Assembly: GCA_039800105.1 (NCBI GenBank)
Contig: JBDLRI010000078.1
Location: 6,469 to 70,468 of the forward strand
Length of the DNA stretch: 64,000 nt
Direction of reading: 5' to 3'
From: Pseudomonadota bacterium
Lineage (GTDB): Bacteria > Myxococcota_A > UBA796 > SXON01
Part shown: one piece after another, positions 1 to 9,119 of the stretch
Layout: each line of letters begins with the position of its first letter
Position numbering within the stretch: the first letter of the stretch is position 1
Translations under genes and position numbers: made by a program
Notes under the pieces: generated by a model
Database searches by the model: none
The model's input: only the letters and a program-made list of their open reading frames with translations
What the model was told of the DNA's origin: nothing

Positions 1-2
1 AG

Positions 3-191
3 GCCGACGTGCTCAACGCCTACAACCACCTCGTCGGCGACCCGGAATTCCTTGCGAAGGACGTGGCGCGCATGCGGGCGGTGACGGCCGAGGGCCTGCA
101 GACCGTCGTCGCCGCGCAGCTCCGCGCCGACAACCGCGTGGTCGTCCACGTCACCCCGGCCAAGAAGGCCGCGGCGGGAGGTGCCAAGTGA
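3..191 (+). CDS. M16-family peptidase, C-terminal fragment (5' end lies outside the window)
   Basis: Frame is open to the window edge with high GC3. Its TGA (189-191) overlaps the GTG (188) of the next M16 gene, the usual paired-subunit layout. Confidence 0.55.
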   Translation, partial: ADVLNAYNHLVGDPEFLAKDVARMRAVTAEGLQTVVAAQLRADNRVVVHVTPAKKAAAGGAK

Positions 192-1708
192 CGCTCCGTG
201 TCTTCACCGCGCTGGCGCTGCTCGCGCCGTCCCTGGCCCTCGCCGCGCCGAAGAAGGTCCGCGCCCCGGTCGTCCCCGCCGCCCCGGCTGCGCCCGCCGC
301 GCCGGTGACCCCGCCGCCCGATCCGGAGGCCTGGCGCGCGACCCCGCCGGGACCGGGCGCCGCCCGCGCCTGGAGCGCTCCGCGTCCGGAGACCTTCACC
401 CTCTCCAACGGCATCCCCGTCGTGTTCGTCCGCAACGAGGGCCTGCCGCTCGTGGAGGTGCAGCTGCTGCTCGCCGCGGGTCGCGAGAGCAACCCGGCCG
501 GCCGCCCGGGCCTCGCCTCGCTGACGGCCAGCCTGTTGGTGGAGGGCACCACCACCCGCACCGGTGCCGAGATCGCCGCCACGGCCTCGGGCCTCGGCGC
601 CACGCTCTCGAGCGGATCCGGGGAGGAGCTGTCCTGGGTGTCCCTCTCGGCGCTCACGCGCAACCTCGGGCCGAGCCTCGACCTGATGGCGGATTCGGTC
701 CTGAGGCCCCGCTTCGCGAAGGAGGACGTGCAGCGCGTGCGCAAGCAGGTGCTGGCGTCCATCCAGGCGTCCCGCGCGCAGCCGCGCACCGTGGCGCGCC
801 TGACGTTCGCGCGGGAACTGTTCGGCGCGAACCACCCGTACGGTCTTCCGTCGGCGGGCACCACGGAGAGCGTGGGTGGGCTCCTGCCGCGCCACGCCAA
901 GGGTTTCCACCGCGCCTGGTGGCACGCCGGCAACGCGACGTTCGTCGTGGCCGGGAACGTGCCCCGCGACACGCTGCAGTCCGCCCTGGAAGCGCGCTTC
1001 GGCGGCTGGCGGCGTGGGCGCACCGCGCGGCAGGAGGTCGTCGTCCCCGCCGCGCCGACGGGCCCGCGCGTGGTCTTCGTGGAGCAGCCCGGCGCGGTGC
1101 AGTCCGTGCTGCGCATCGGAACGCTCGGTCCTTCCCGGCCCGATCCCGCGTGGATGCCGGCGAACGTGGCGGGCACGCTCGTCGCCGGCATGTTCTCCAG
1201 CCGCGTGAACATGAACCTCCGGGAGGAGCACGGCTGGAGCTACGGCGCCTTCGGCGGCTTCTCCGAGAACCGCGACATCGGCACGTTCGCCGTGGGTGCG
1301 GAGGTGCAGGCGGACCAGACCGCGCCGGCCGTGCGGGAGGTGCTCAAGGAGCTCTCCGCCGCCGCGGGACGCGCCCCCACGCCCGAGGAGCTCGACCGCA
1401 CGCGCGATTACCTGCTCAAGTCGCTGCCCGGGAACTTCGAGACCAACGGCGGCGCCGTCGGAAGCTACCAGGCGATGCCGCAGTTCGGCTTCGGCGCGGA
1501 CGTGTGGGATCGCTACACCGCCGAGACCACCGCGGTCGACGCTGCCGCCGCCCAGGCGGCCGCGGCGCGCTGGTTCGACCCCGCGCGCCTGGTCATCGTG
1601 GTCGTGGGTCCGCGCACCGTCGAGGTCGACGACGGGACGGGCGGCAAGCGCGCGGTGGACGTCATCGGGGAGCTGAAGGCGCTCGGCATGCCCTTCGCCG
1701 AGGGCTGA
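188..1708 (+). CDS. M16-family (pitrilysin/PqqL-like) peptidase subunit, probably the non-catalytic partner
   Basis: 506-aa ORF with signal peptide MTLRVFTALALLAPSLALAAP and M16-like sequence throughout. No HxxEH zinc motif seen by eye. GTGA overlap with the upstream M16 fragment. Confidence 0.7.
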   Translation: MTLRVFTALALLAPSLALAAPKKVRAPVVPAAPAAPAAPVTPPPDPEAWRATPPGPGAARAWSAPRPETFTLSNGIPVVFVRNEGLPLVEVQLLLAAGRESNPAGRPGLASLTASLLVEGTTTRTGAEIAATASGLGATLSSGSGEELSWVSLSALTRNLGPSLDLMADSVLRPRFAKEDVQRVRKQVLASIQASRAQPRTVARLTFARELFGANHPYGLPSAGTTESVGGLLPRHAKGFHRAWWHAGNATFVVAGNVPRDTLQSALEARFGGWRRGRTARQEVVVPAAPTGPRVVFVEQPGAVQSVLRIGTLGPSRPDPAWMPANVAGTLVAGMFSSRVNMNLREEHGWSYGAFGGFSENRDIGTFAVGAEVQADQTAPAVREVLKELSAAAGRAPTPEELDRTRDYLLKSLPGNFETNGGAVGSYQAMPQFGFGADVWDRYTAETTAVDAAAAQAAAARWFDPARLVIVVVGPRTVEVDDGTGGKRAVDVIGELKALGMPFAEG

Positions 1709-1735
1709 GCCGCGCCGTGTCCGCGGGTCCGCCTC

Positions 1736-1775
1736 CTGGGGCGGAGGGGGCCGGCCCCCTCCGCAACGCCTCCCC
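1736..1775 (-). repeat. G/C hairpin repeat, short form, copy A (intergenic)
   Basis: CTGGGGCGGAGGGGGCCGGCCCCCTCCGCAACGCCTCCCC, containing the 24-nt perfect palindrome GCGGAGGGGGCCGGCCCCCTCCGC. Confidence 0.85.
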
Positions 1776-1779
1776 CGAC

Positions 1780-2553
1780 GTGACGATCGTGATCCCTTGC
1801 TCCCGAGGACGCCCCGCGGGGCTCGACGGATGGCGCGGACAGTCCGGCGCGCCGCGGGTGCTGCTGCTGTGCAACGGCGGCTACGACGGGGCGGACGTGG
1901 TCGGACTGTCCGGCGTGGACGTCCGGCGCGTGGCGTGGAAGGGGCACGGCCGGACGCGCCAGGCGGCCTTGGCGGACGTGGCCACGCCGTTCGTCCTCTT
2001 CACCGTGGACGACGCCGTTCCCGTGGGCTGCGACGGGGTCGTGCGCCTGATCGACGCGCTGGAGGCGGGCGGCTGGGATGCCGTCACCGCGCGGCAGGTC
2101 CCGCCCGTGGACGCCGATGCGGTGACCCGCGCGCGGCTGGCGGCGTGGACCCCGGAGGGGGAGGGGCCGGTCGCCACCGACCGCCTCGACCACGTCTGCG
2201 CCCTGCATCGCGTGGAGGTCCTGCGGACGCGTCCGCTGCCGGACGTGCCGATCGCGGAGGACTGGGCCTGGGCGCAGGGCTGGCAGGGGCCGGGGCGCGT
2301 GCGCGCGGGGGACCGGCCGAGACTCGGCTACGCGCCGGCGGCCCGGGTCGTCCACGGGCACGTCCGCACGTTTCGGTCGCTGCTTCGACGCACCGCCGCC
2401 GAGCACGGCGTGCGGGTGGCGTGTGGCGAGTCCCCCGCGGTGCCCGACGTGCGTCGTCTGCTCGCGGCGTTGCCGGGAGTGCTCGGTCCCGACGTGCGCG
2501 GCGCGCTCGGGGAGCTGCTCGGGCAATGGTGGGCGGGGCGGCGCGTGGGTTGA
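1780..2553 (+). CDS. glycosyltransferase family 2-like protein
   Basis: GTG start chosen inside the 181..2553 read-through ORF. N-terminus VTIVIPCSRG and FVLFTVDDAVP (DxD-like) fit a GT-A fold. Start is uncertain; hairpin repeat 1736-1775 lies immediately upstream. Confidence 0.5.
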   Translation: MTIVIPCSRGRPAGLDGWRGQSGAPRVLLLCNGGYDGADVVGLSGVDVRRVAWKGHGRTRQAALADVATPFVLFTVDDAVPVGCDGVVRLIDALEAGGWDAVTARQVPPVDADAVTRARLAAWTPEGEGPVATDRLDHVCALHRVEVLRTRPLPDVPIAEDWAWAQGWQGPGRVRAGDRPRLGYAPAARVVHGHVRTFRSLLRRTAAEHGVRVACGESPAVPDVRRLLAALPGVLGPDVRGALGELLGQWWAGRRVG

Positions 2554-2595
2554 CGGCGCGAGCGGGACTGTGAGAGGCTCGCGCGCGGAGAACCC

Positions 2596-5052
2596 ATGAT
2601 GCGCGCGAACGCCTGCCTGCTGCTCCCTCTCGGTGTCCTCGGACTCGCGCTCTCGACGCCCGCGCGTGCGGCGGAGCCGGCCCTTCCGCCGGACGTGGCG
2701 CGCCTGGCGGCTGCAGAGGCGAAGATCCAGGCCGCGGTCGGTTCCGAGGGCGTCACGCAGGGCGCGTACGTCGATCTCTTCGCCGGGTTCCTCGTGGAGA
2801 CGGCCACGAACATCGCGCGCGAGCAAGGCGTCGCCGAGAAGCTGGCGCTCGACTCCTCCGGCTTCCGGATCATGGCGGAGACCCGGGTCGCGGCGGCGGT
2901 GCGGGACGCGGTGGAGGTCGAGGGGAAGGAGCGCCAGGACGCCCTGTACAAGCTGATGGAGACCATCTCGACGCGCGCGGCGGCGCATGCGCTGCTGGCG
3001 CAGTGGCTCGGCGCGCCGGACCCCGGCACCCTCGCGAAGCGGGCGAAGGAGGCCGCGGACGCCAAGGCGGACGCCGCCTTCGCGGCCGCGCGCAAGGAGG
3101 CGGACGAGGCGCGCGGGGATCGTCCGATGACGGACAAGGAGCGCACCGAGCGCGCCCTCGAGGACGCGCTCCGCGCGGCCGCGCGCGATCCGGAGGTGCG
3201 CGGGGCGCGCGTGCAGGCGCGTTTCCGCAGCCAGGTGATCACCGAGCAGGCCGCCTCTGCGTTCCGGGTTCCCGCGGACGGTGTCGCGCTCGCATACGAC
3301 GAGGGCAACGCCGGGGACGGCAACGGTGTCGTGGACGCGGGGGAATGGGTGGCGTTCACCATTCCGCTGGAGAACGCGACCCGGGAGCCGTGGTTCAGCA
3401 GCTCCGCGTGGGTGCAGTCGGCGAGCCCCTGTGTGTGGACCCCGTCAAGTCAGGAGATCGAGCTTCCGGAGCTGGCCCCCGGCGGCAAGGGCGCCGTGAC
3501 CGTGCGCGCCTTCGTGTCCGAGACCTGCCCCGACCAGTCCCGCGCGCGGTTCACCGTCACCCTCCGCGACACGCATCGCACGCAGGCCGCGCCGGTGGTC
3601 GTGGAGGTCGGGCTGGTCGTGACGAACGTGGGGGCCGCCGCCCTGCGCCGGTACACCATGGACGTCGACGTGCCCGGGTCCAGCCGGCCCGCCAAGGCCG
3701 GGAAGTTCGCGCCGAACACCCGCGCCGAGTTGTCCGCCGGGCTGGAGATCCCCCGCGCGGGCGCGTCGCGCGCCGTGCAGGCGTGGGGCTTCTCGCGTCC
3801 GGCGGAATCGATTGTCGCCGAGCAGTCGTTCGCGATCGGGGAGCCGATGGTGGCGGTCTCGGGCGGCACCCTCAGTGCCTTCGCCCCCTTCGACGATCTC
3901 GACGTGCGCATCGGGTCGCGCGCCGCCTCACCGCTTCCTCCCGGCCGCGGGCCCGGCGACGGCGGGGCGATCGCCCTCGAGACCCGCGTGGAGTACCCCG
4001 CGCCGGAAGGGTCCTGGGCGCCTCCACGCAAGGTGGAGCTTCCCAAGCCGTCTCCGGCGTCGGTCACCGTCGTGCCCGCCCCGAGCGCGGACGAGGTGCT
4101 GGGCCTGGTGAAGAAGTTCGTGTCGGTCGAGGCCCGCGCCACGACGCCGGCCGCGGGTGCGCTGGCGGCGGCGTCGACCGACGCCTACGACGCCGTGCTC
4201 GACGCCGCGGCCTTCCGCATGGCGTGGTGCCGTGCGACCACCCCGCCCGCCAAGGCCGGCGAGCCGGACCCCTGTGACCCCAAGGCGTGCCCCGACCCGA
4301 CGCCGCAGAAGCCCGTCGCACCCGTGCAGGTGCCCGTGCCGGCGTTCGAGGAGCCGGTGGCGTACACCTTCCGTCACTACGCCTGGGCCGAGTTCGACAC
4401 CGGTTCGGCGCGCGCGGAGGTCCCGCCGCCGCCGCGTCCCGTCGCCGCGCCGAAGCCCGAGCCGGCGCCCGCACCCAAGGCCGCCCCGCCGCCCCCGCCG
4501 GCTGCCAAGGCGCGGGAGCCGCGCGCACAAACGCAGCACGCGGTGTCGGTGGGGCTGAACCGCGGGTCCACGGACCTTTCCACGGTGTCCTGGGATGGGA
4601 GCGACTTCCTCGATGTGGCCGGCCGCACGGCCTCGGGCGAGCAGTTGCTCGGGATCGGCTACGCCTTCGGCACGGTCGACCGCATGCGGCTGGGCCTGGC
4701 CACCGGCTCGTACGACGCGCCCGCCCTCGGGGTGCTCACCGTGTCGGGCGGCTACGGACGCGCCCTCTCCTACGCACGCGGCTGGGTCGAATTGGAGCCG
4801 CACGCGGACCTCGGTGTCGCCGTGGTGACGGCAAACGGCGGCGGCGAGACGACGTTGTTCCTGGATGCCGGCGCGGACCTGCGCTGGTACCCCGTGCGAC
4901 CGGTGGGCCTCTACGCCGGCGCCGCGTGGCGGGTCCAGCCGGGCACGTTGTCGGGTCCGGTCGTGACGGGCATGGCCGCGCCCGACAACGTGGGGTCCCT
5001 CCGGAACGCGAGTGGCCTCCGCTTCGACGCGGGCGTGGGCTTCCACTTCTGA
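2596..5052 (+). CDS. secreted 818-aa protein with a C-terminal outer-membrane beta-barrel-like domain
   Basis: GGAGAA RBS and signal peptide MMRANACLLLPLGVLGLALSTPARAAEP. Helical A/K/E-rich N-region, Ig/CARDB-like segment (DGNGVVDAGEWVAFTIPLENA) and Pro-rich linker. The C-terminal ~230 aa have an alternating-hydrophobic pattern and end in GVGFHF (terminal Phe). Confidence 0.6.
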   Translation: MMRANACLLLPLGVLGLALSTPARAAEPALPPDVARLAAAEAKIQAAVGSEGVTQGAYVDLFAGFLVETATNIAREQGVAEKLALDSSGFRIMAETRVAAAVRDAVEVEGKERQDALYKLMETISTRAAAHALLAQWLGAPDPGTLAKRAKEAADAKADAAFAAARKEADEARGDRPMTDKERTERALEDALRAAARDPEVRGARVQARFRSQVITEQAASAFRVPADGVALAYDEGNAGDGNGVVDAGEWVAFTIPLENATREPWFSSSAWVQSASPCVWTPSSQEIELPELAPGGKGAVTVRAFVSETCPDQSRARFTVTLRDTHRTQAAPVVVEVGLVVTNVGAAALRRYTMDVDVPGSSRPAKAGKFAPNTRAELSAGLEIPRAGASRAVQAWGFSRPAESIVAEQSFAIGEPMVAVSGGTLSAFAPFDDLDVRIGSRAASPLPPGRGPGDGGAIALETRVEYPAPEGSWAPPRKVELPKPSPASVTVVPAPSADEVLGLVKKFVSVEARATTPAAGALAAASTDAYDAVLDAAAFRMAWCRATTPPAKAGEPDPCDPKACPDPTPQKPVAPVQVPVPAFEEPVAYTFRHYAWAEFDTGSARAEVPPPPRPVAAPKPEPAPAPKAAPPPPPAAKAREPRAQTQHAVSVGLNRGSTDLSTVSWDGSDFLDVAGRTASGEQLLGIGYAFGTVDRMRLGLATGSYDAPALGVLTVSGGYGRALSYARGWVELEPHADLGVAVVTANGGGETTLFLDAGADLRWYPVRPVGLYAGAAWRVQPGTLSGPVVTGMAAPDNVGSLRNASGLRFDAGVGFHF

Positions 5053-5090
5053 CGCTCGCGGCCCACGCGCGGGCGGGCTACCTCCCGCGC

Positions 5091-7133
5091 ATGGGCGTCG
5101 CGTGGCTCGTCGGGCTGGGGTGGCTTGCGGCGTGCGGCACCCCGTCGCCGTCCGGGCCCCCGGCCCTCGACGCCTACGCGGCGCGCGGGGCGCCCGTGAC
5201 GGCGGCGCGGTGGGAGGGTCCGTGGCGCGTGCAGGTGTTGGCGCGAACCCCCGGGGAGCCCGATGTGCAGGCGTTCGCCGAGGTGCTCGGCGCGCCCGTC
5301 GTGGCGTGGGACGGCGCGCGACTGACCCCGCCGGTGGGCACGGCCGCCCTCGTATGGGTGGCTTCCGAGGCCGACGCGGAGCGGGTTTCCGCGGCTGGCG
5401 TCGCCGCCGGGGGCGGCGAGGGTGTGGCGGTGTTGTCCGCGACGTTCAGGTCTGGGGCGGGGGGCCGCAGCCCCCCGCAACGCCCCCCGCCGGACGCGGA
5501 CGCGAAGCCCGCGCGGGAGGTCTGGGCGGCGCGGCTCGCGTGGGCCGGTCTCGGGGTGGTGGATGCGGGGGCCGAGCTCGGCCTGTGGGCGGATCCGGCG
5601 TGGGCGGATTCGCACCCGGCGCGGGCGGCGCAGGCCGCGGCGTTCGCGGTCGCGTCGCACTACGCGGTGCCCGCGCGACCGGTGCCGGTGGACGACGACG
5701 TTCCGGCGGGCCTCGCGGAGCACCTGGCGGGCGCGGACGCCGAGGATGTGACCTCGGGCGATCCGCGACGCCGGGCGGCAGCTGCCGGCGATGCCGCGTC
5801 CGTGTGGGCCGCGACCGATCCGGATCCCGCGGTGCGCCTTGCGCTCGCGGCATCCGCGCGGGATCCCGCCGTGCGCGCGCGCCTCTCCCGGGACGCCGAC
5901 GCGCTGGTGCGCGCGCGTGCGCTCGACGGGTTGGACGATCCCGCGCTGCTGGCCGAGTCGCTCTCCGACGGCTCCAGCTTCGTGCGCGTCGTGGCCGTGG
6001 CGCGGTTGGCGGAGCTCTCCCGCGCGGGGAGCACCGCGCCGCAGGTGGAGGCCGCCCTCTCCGCGGCCAGCGGCTCCCCCGACGCTTACGTGCGCTGGAA
6101 GGCGGCGTCCGGTCTGCGTGACGTCGCGCGGCTCGCGGCGCTGCTGGCGGGGGATGCGGACGCGGATGTGCGCCGGGAGGCCGCGCGGCGCCTCGGCGTG
6201 CTCGGGGACCCTGCGGGGGCCGCTGCGCTCGTCGCTGCGACGCACGACCGCAACAGCTTCGTCCGCCGATGGGCGGCCGCCGCGCTCGGGCGGGTGCCGA
6301 CCCCCGACGCGGAGGCGGCCCTGCGCCGGGCCGCGGAGGACCCTACGGCGTTGGTGGCGGCCGCGGCCGCAGACGCCCTGCGGGCGCGCGGCGTGCCCAT
6401 GCCCGTGCGTCCGCCGTGGCGGCCGCCCGGCCCGCCCGAGGATGACGCGGCGCTCGATTCGCTGCTGGCCAGCCCGGATGCCACCGCGCGCAAGGACGCC
6501 GCGAAGTTTACGGTCGGTCGCCCGGGCGCGGTGGCGCGACTCGCGGCCCTGCGGTCGGACCCCGACAGCGAGGTGCGCAAGGCGGCGATGGAGGCCCTCG
6601 GGCGCGGGGCGTCGGAGGCGGACCGCCCCGCCCGCCTGGCGGCGTTGCGGCCCGGGCTGGACGATCCGGACGTGGATGTGCGTGTCACGACGCTGTCGTC
6701 CTACGCGGCGCTCGGGCGTGTCCCCGAGGACGCGCGCGCGCGGGTCGTGGCGCTCGCGGGGGATCCCGACACGGAGCTGCGTCTCCGGGCGGTGGAGGCG
6801 CTCGCCGCGGATCCGGACCTGCCGCCCGCCCTGCTTCCCGTGACGGACCCCGACGAGCGCGTACGGGCCGCCATCGTGGGACGCCTCCCCGCGCGCCTCG
6901 ACCCGGCGGAGCCGTGCGTGCTGGTCCGCCGCGCGGCGGGGCGCGGCACGGGAATCCTCGATGCCCCGGGGGACGACCCGCACCGTCGCGCCTGGTCCGC
7001 CGGGCGGCTTCACGACCTCGATCGGCTCGTCCACGCACGGTTCTCCTGGAACCTTCCGGAGGACCTGCCGCCGAGCCACCGCGCGCTGCGCCCGCCGGTC
7101 GTGCGCGCCTTCGGCCACCCCGACGAGGGGTGA
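5091..7133 (+). CDS. HEAT-repeat (PBS-lyase type) lipoprotein
   Basis: ATG 5091 inside ORF 4287..7133; lipobox MGVAWLVGLGWLAAC. Many DPxVR...AL..LGD repeats. Hairpin repeat copy 5452-5488 is read in frame. Confidence 0.65.
   Translation: MGVAWLVGLGWLAACGTPSPSGPPALDAYAARGAPVTAARWEGPWRVQVLARTPGEPDVQAFAEVLGAPVVAWDGARLTPPVGTAALVWVASEADAERVSAAGVAAGGGEGVAVLSATFRSGAGGRSPPQRPPPDADAKPAREVWAARLAWAGLGVVDAGAELGLWADPAWADSHPARAAQAAAFAVASHYAVPARPVPVDDDVPAGLAEHLAGADAEDVTSGDPRRRAAAAGDAASVWAATDPDPAVRLALAASARDPAVRARLSRDADALVRARALDGLDDPALLAESLSDGSSFVRVVAVARLAELSRAGSTAPQVEAALSAASGSPDAYVRWKAASGLRDVARLAALLAGDADADVRREAARRLGVLGDPAGAAALVAATHDRNSFVRRWAAAALGRVPTPDAEAALRRAAEDPTALVAAAAADALRARGVPMPVRPPWRPPGPPEDDAALDSLLASPDATARKDAAKFTVGRPGAVARLAALRSDPDSEVRKAAMEALGRGASEADRPARLAALRPGLDDPDVDVRVTTLSSYAALGRVPEDARARVVALAGDPDTELRLRAVEALAADPDLPPALLPVTDPDERVRAAIVGRLPARLDPAEPCVLVRRAAGRGTGILDAPGDDPHRRAWSAGRLHDLDRLVHARFSWNLPEDLPPSHRALRPPVVRAFGHPDEG
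5452..5488 (-). repeat. G/C hairpin repeat, short form, copy B (inside the HEAT lipoprotein CDS)
   Basis: CTGGGGCGGGGGGCCGCAGCCCCCCGCAACGCCCCCC, read in frame as ...GAGGRSPPQRPP. Confidence 0.85.
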
Positions 7134-7148
7134 GCACCGATCCGGCCC

Positions 7149-7188
7149 GGGGGCGTTGCGGGGGGCGGGCCAAGCCCCCCGCCCCAGG
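7149..7188 (+). repeat. G/C hairpin repeat, short form, copy C (between convergent genes)
   Basis: GGGGGCGTTGCGGGGGGCGGGCCAAGCCCCCCGCCCCAGG. 9-bp stem GCGGGGGGC/GCCCCCCGC. Lies between stops at 7133 (+) and 7197 (-). Confidence 0.85.
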
Positions 7189-7196
7189 AGCGCGCC

Positions 7197-7391
7197 TCAG
7201 AACACCATGTAGATGAACGGCGCCACGTAGTGCATCCCCTGCAGGAACAGGAGCACCCCTCCGAGCAGGACCAGCACCGCCACCAGCGGGAGCATCCACC
7301 ACCGTCCGCCGCGGACGAGCAGCAGCAGCAGCTCCCCGACGGTGCCGAGTCGCATCAGGAAGGCCTCGGTGCGGCCCAGTCCCGCGCTCAT
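7197..7391 (-). CDS. DUF5989-family small membrane protein
   Basis: 64 aa ending ...LLGGVLLFLQGMHYVAPFIYMVF, the family's characteristic APFIY..F end. ATGA overlap with the upstream carbamoyltransferase, its usual neighbour. Confidence 0.75.
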   Translation of the reverse strand: MSAGLGRTEAFLMRLGTVGELLLLLVRGGRWWMLPLVAVLVLLGGVLLFLQGMHYVAPFIYMVF

Positions 7392-9112
7392 CGCGGGCGC
7401 TCCACGCGGAAGCCCTCGATGTGGAGGGCGTCGAGCGCGGAGCGGTGCAGCGCCGCCATGGCATCCACCGGGGTGTCGACCATCGGGTCCCCCTTGAGGT
7501 TGAAGGACGTGTTGAGCAGGACGGGTACGCCGGTGGCGTCGCCGAGGTGACGCAGGATCGTCGCGAAGCGAGGATGTTCTTCGTGGTCGACCACCTGCAC
7601 GCGGGCGGAGCCGTCCACGTGCGTGACGGCAGGGAGGATCGCGCGGGCGTCGGGGCGTACCGTCGCCGTGGCGAGCATGACCCGCGACGGCTGCGCGGCG
7701 GCCGCGGGGATGTCGAACCACGCGTCGGCGTGCTCCGCGAGGACGGCGGGGGCGAACGGCCGGAATGGCTCGCGGTGCTTCACCCGCGCGTTCACCCGCT
7801 CCGCCACGTCGGGTCCCCGGGCATCGGCGAGGATGGAGCGATGCCCGAGCGCGCGCGGTCCCCATTCGCCGCGTCCGTCGAACCAGCCGACCACCCGTCC
7901 CGCGGCCAGGTCCTCCGCGACCCGCGCGAGCGCGTCGTCGCCGAGGTCCTCGACCTTCGCGCCCAGGTCCACGAGCATGTCGTGCACCTCCCCGCGCCCA
8001 TGCGAGCGCCCGAGGTCCACGCGACGCAGGGCCGGTCCCCGCGGGTTGCCGAGCACGGCGTGCCAGGCCCAGAGCGCGGCACCCATCGCGCCCCCCGCGT
8101 CCCCCGCGGCGGGGTGGATCCACAGGTGGGCGTGCGGGCCCTCCCGCGCGAGGCGGGCGTTGGCCACCGCGTTGAGCGCCACGCCGCCGGCGAGGCACAG
8201 CGCCTCGGAGTCGACGCGCGCGCGCGCGTGCCGCGCCAGGCCGAGCAGGGCGTCCTCGAGCACCGCCTGCGTGCTGGCGGCGATGTCCGCGAAGCGCCGA
8301 CCGTCGGGATCGTCGGGATCGAAGGGCGTCCCGGGAACCCTCGGCGCGCCGAGCAGGGCCTCCAGGCGCGGCGTGAAGCTCTCCGTGGGGTGCCAGTGCC
8401 AGCAGAACGCCTCGAGGTCGCAGGTGAAGCCGCCGTCGGGGTCGCGCCGGAGCAGTCGGTCGAGCGCCTCGCGGTGGCGGGGCGTTCCCCAGGCCGCCAT
8501 GCCCATGACCTTGTACTCGCCCTCGTTGACCGCGAAGCCGAGGTAGGCGGTCATCGCGGAGTAGAACAGTCCCAGCGAGTGCGGGAAGCGGATCTCGGCG
8601 AGCGGGGTGAGCGCGGTGCCCTCCCCGCGCCAGAGGGTGGTCGTGGCCACCTCTCCGACGCCGTCCACGGTCAGCACCGCGGCGTGTGCGTGCGGCGAGG
8701 TGTAGAACGCGCTGGCCGCGTGCGAGAGGTGGTGCTCGCAGAACAGGATGCGCTCCGGACGGACGGCGAAGGCCCGTGCCAGCGTGGTGCGCACCCAGAG
8801 CTTGTCACCGAGCCAGGCATGGGCCTGCCGCGGGAAGCTCCGCCAGCTGCGCGGGAACGTCGCGATGGCGTTGTGCAGCACCCGTTCGAAGGTGCGGAGC
8901 GGTTTCTCGTAGAACACGAGGTGGTCGAGGTCGCCCGCCTGGATGCCGGCGCGCCCCATGCACCACGCGGCGGCCCGGAGCGGAAGCGCGGCGTCGTGCT
9001 TGATGCGGGAGAACCGCTCTTCCTGGGCTGCCGCCACGACCTCCCCGTCCCGGAGCAACACCACGGCGGAGTCGTGGTAGAGCGCGGAGACTCCGAGGAT
9101 CCAGGTGGCCAC
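7388..9112 (-). CDS. NodU/CmcH-family carbamoyltransferase
   Basis: 574 aa. N-terminus MATWILGVSALYHDSAVVLLRDGEVVAAAQEERFSRIKHD is the conserved Kae1-like start of this family, and length fits the YrdC-like C-domain architecture. Confidence 0.9.
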   Translation of the reverse strand: MATWILGVSALYHDSAVVLLRDGEVVAAAQEERFSRIKHDAALPLRAAAWCMGRAGIQAGDLDHLVFYEKPLRTFERVLHNAIATFPRSWRSFPRQAHAWLGDKLWVRTTLARAFAVRPERILFCEHHLSHAASAFYTSPHAHAAVLTVDGVGEVATTTLWRGEGTALTPLAEIRFPHSLGLFYSAMTAYLGFAVNEGEYKVMGMAAWGTPRHREALDRLLRRDPDGGFTCDLEAFCWHWHPTESFTPRLEALLGAPRVPGTPFDPDDPDGRRFADIAASTQAVLEDALLGLARHARARVDSEALCLAGGVALNAVANARLAREGPHAHLWIHPAAGDAGGAMGAALWAWHAVLGNPRGPALRRVDLGRSHGRGEVHDMLVDLGAKVEDLGDDALARVAEDLAAGRVVGWFDGRGEWGPRALGHRSILADARGPDVAERVNARVKHREPFRPFAPAVLAEHADAWFDIPAAAAQPSRVMLATATVRPDARAILPAVTHVDGSARVQVVDHEEHPRFATILRHLGDATGVPVLLNTSFNLKGDPMVDTPVDAMAALHRSALDALHIEGFRVERPR

Positions 9113-9119
9113 CGCCGCC

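Noticed and set aside
181-2553. 790-aa ORF spanning the M16 gene region and the GT2 gene
   Set aside because: Its first ~530 codons are an alternative frame of the M16 peptidase gene and read straight through hairpin repeat 1736-1775. Only the part from GTG 1780 has GT2-like sequence.
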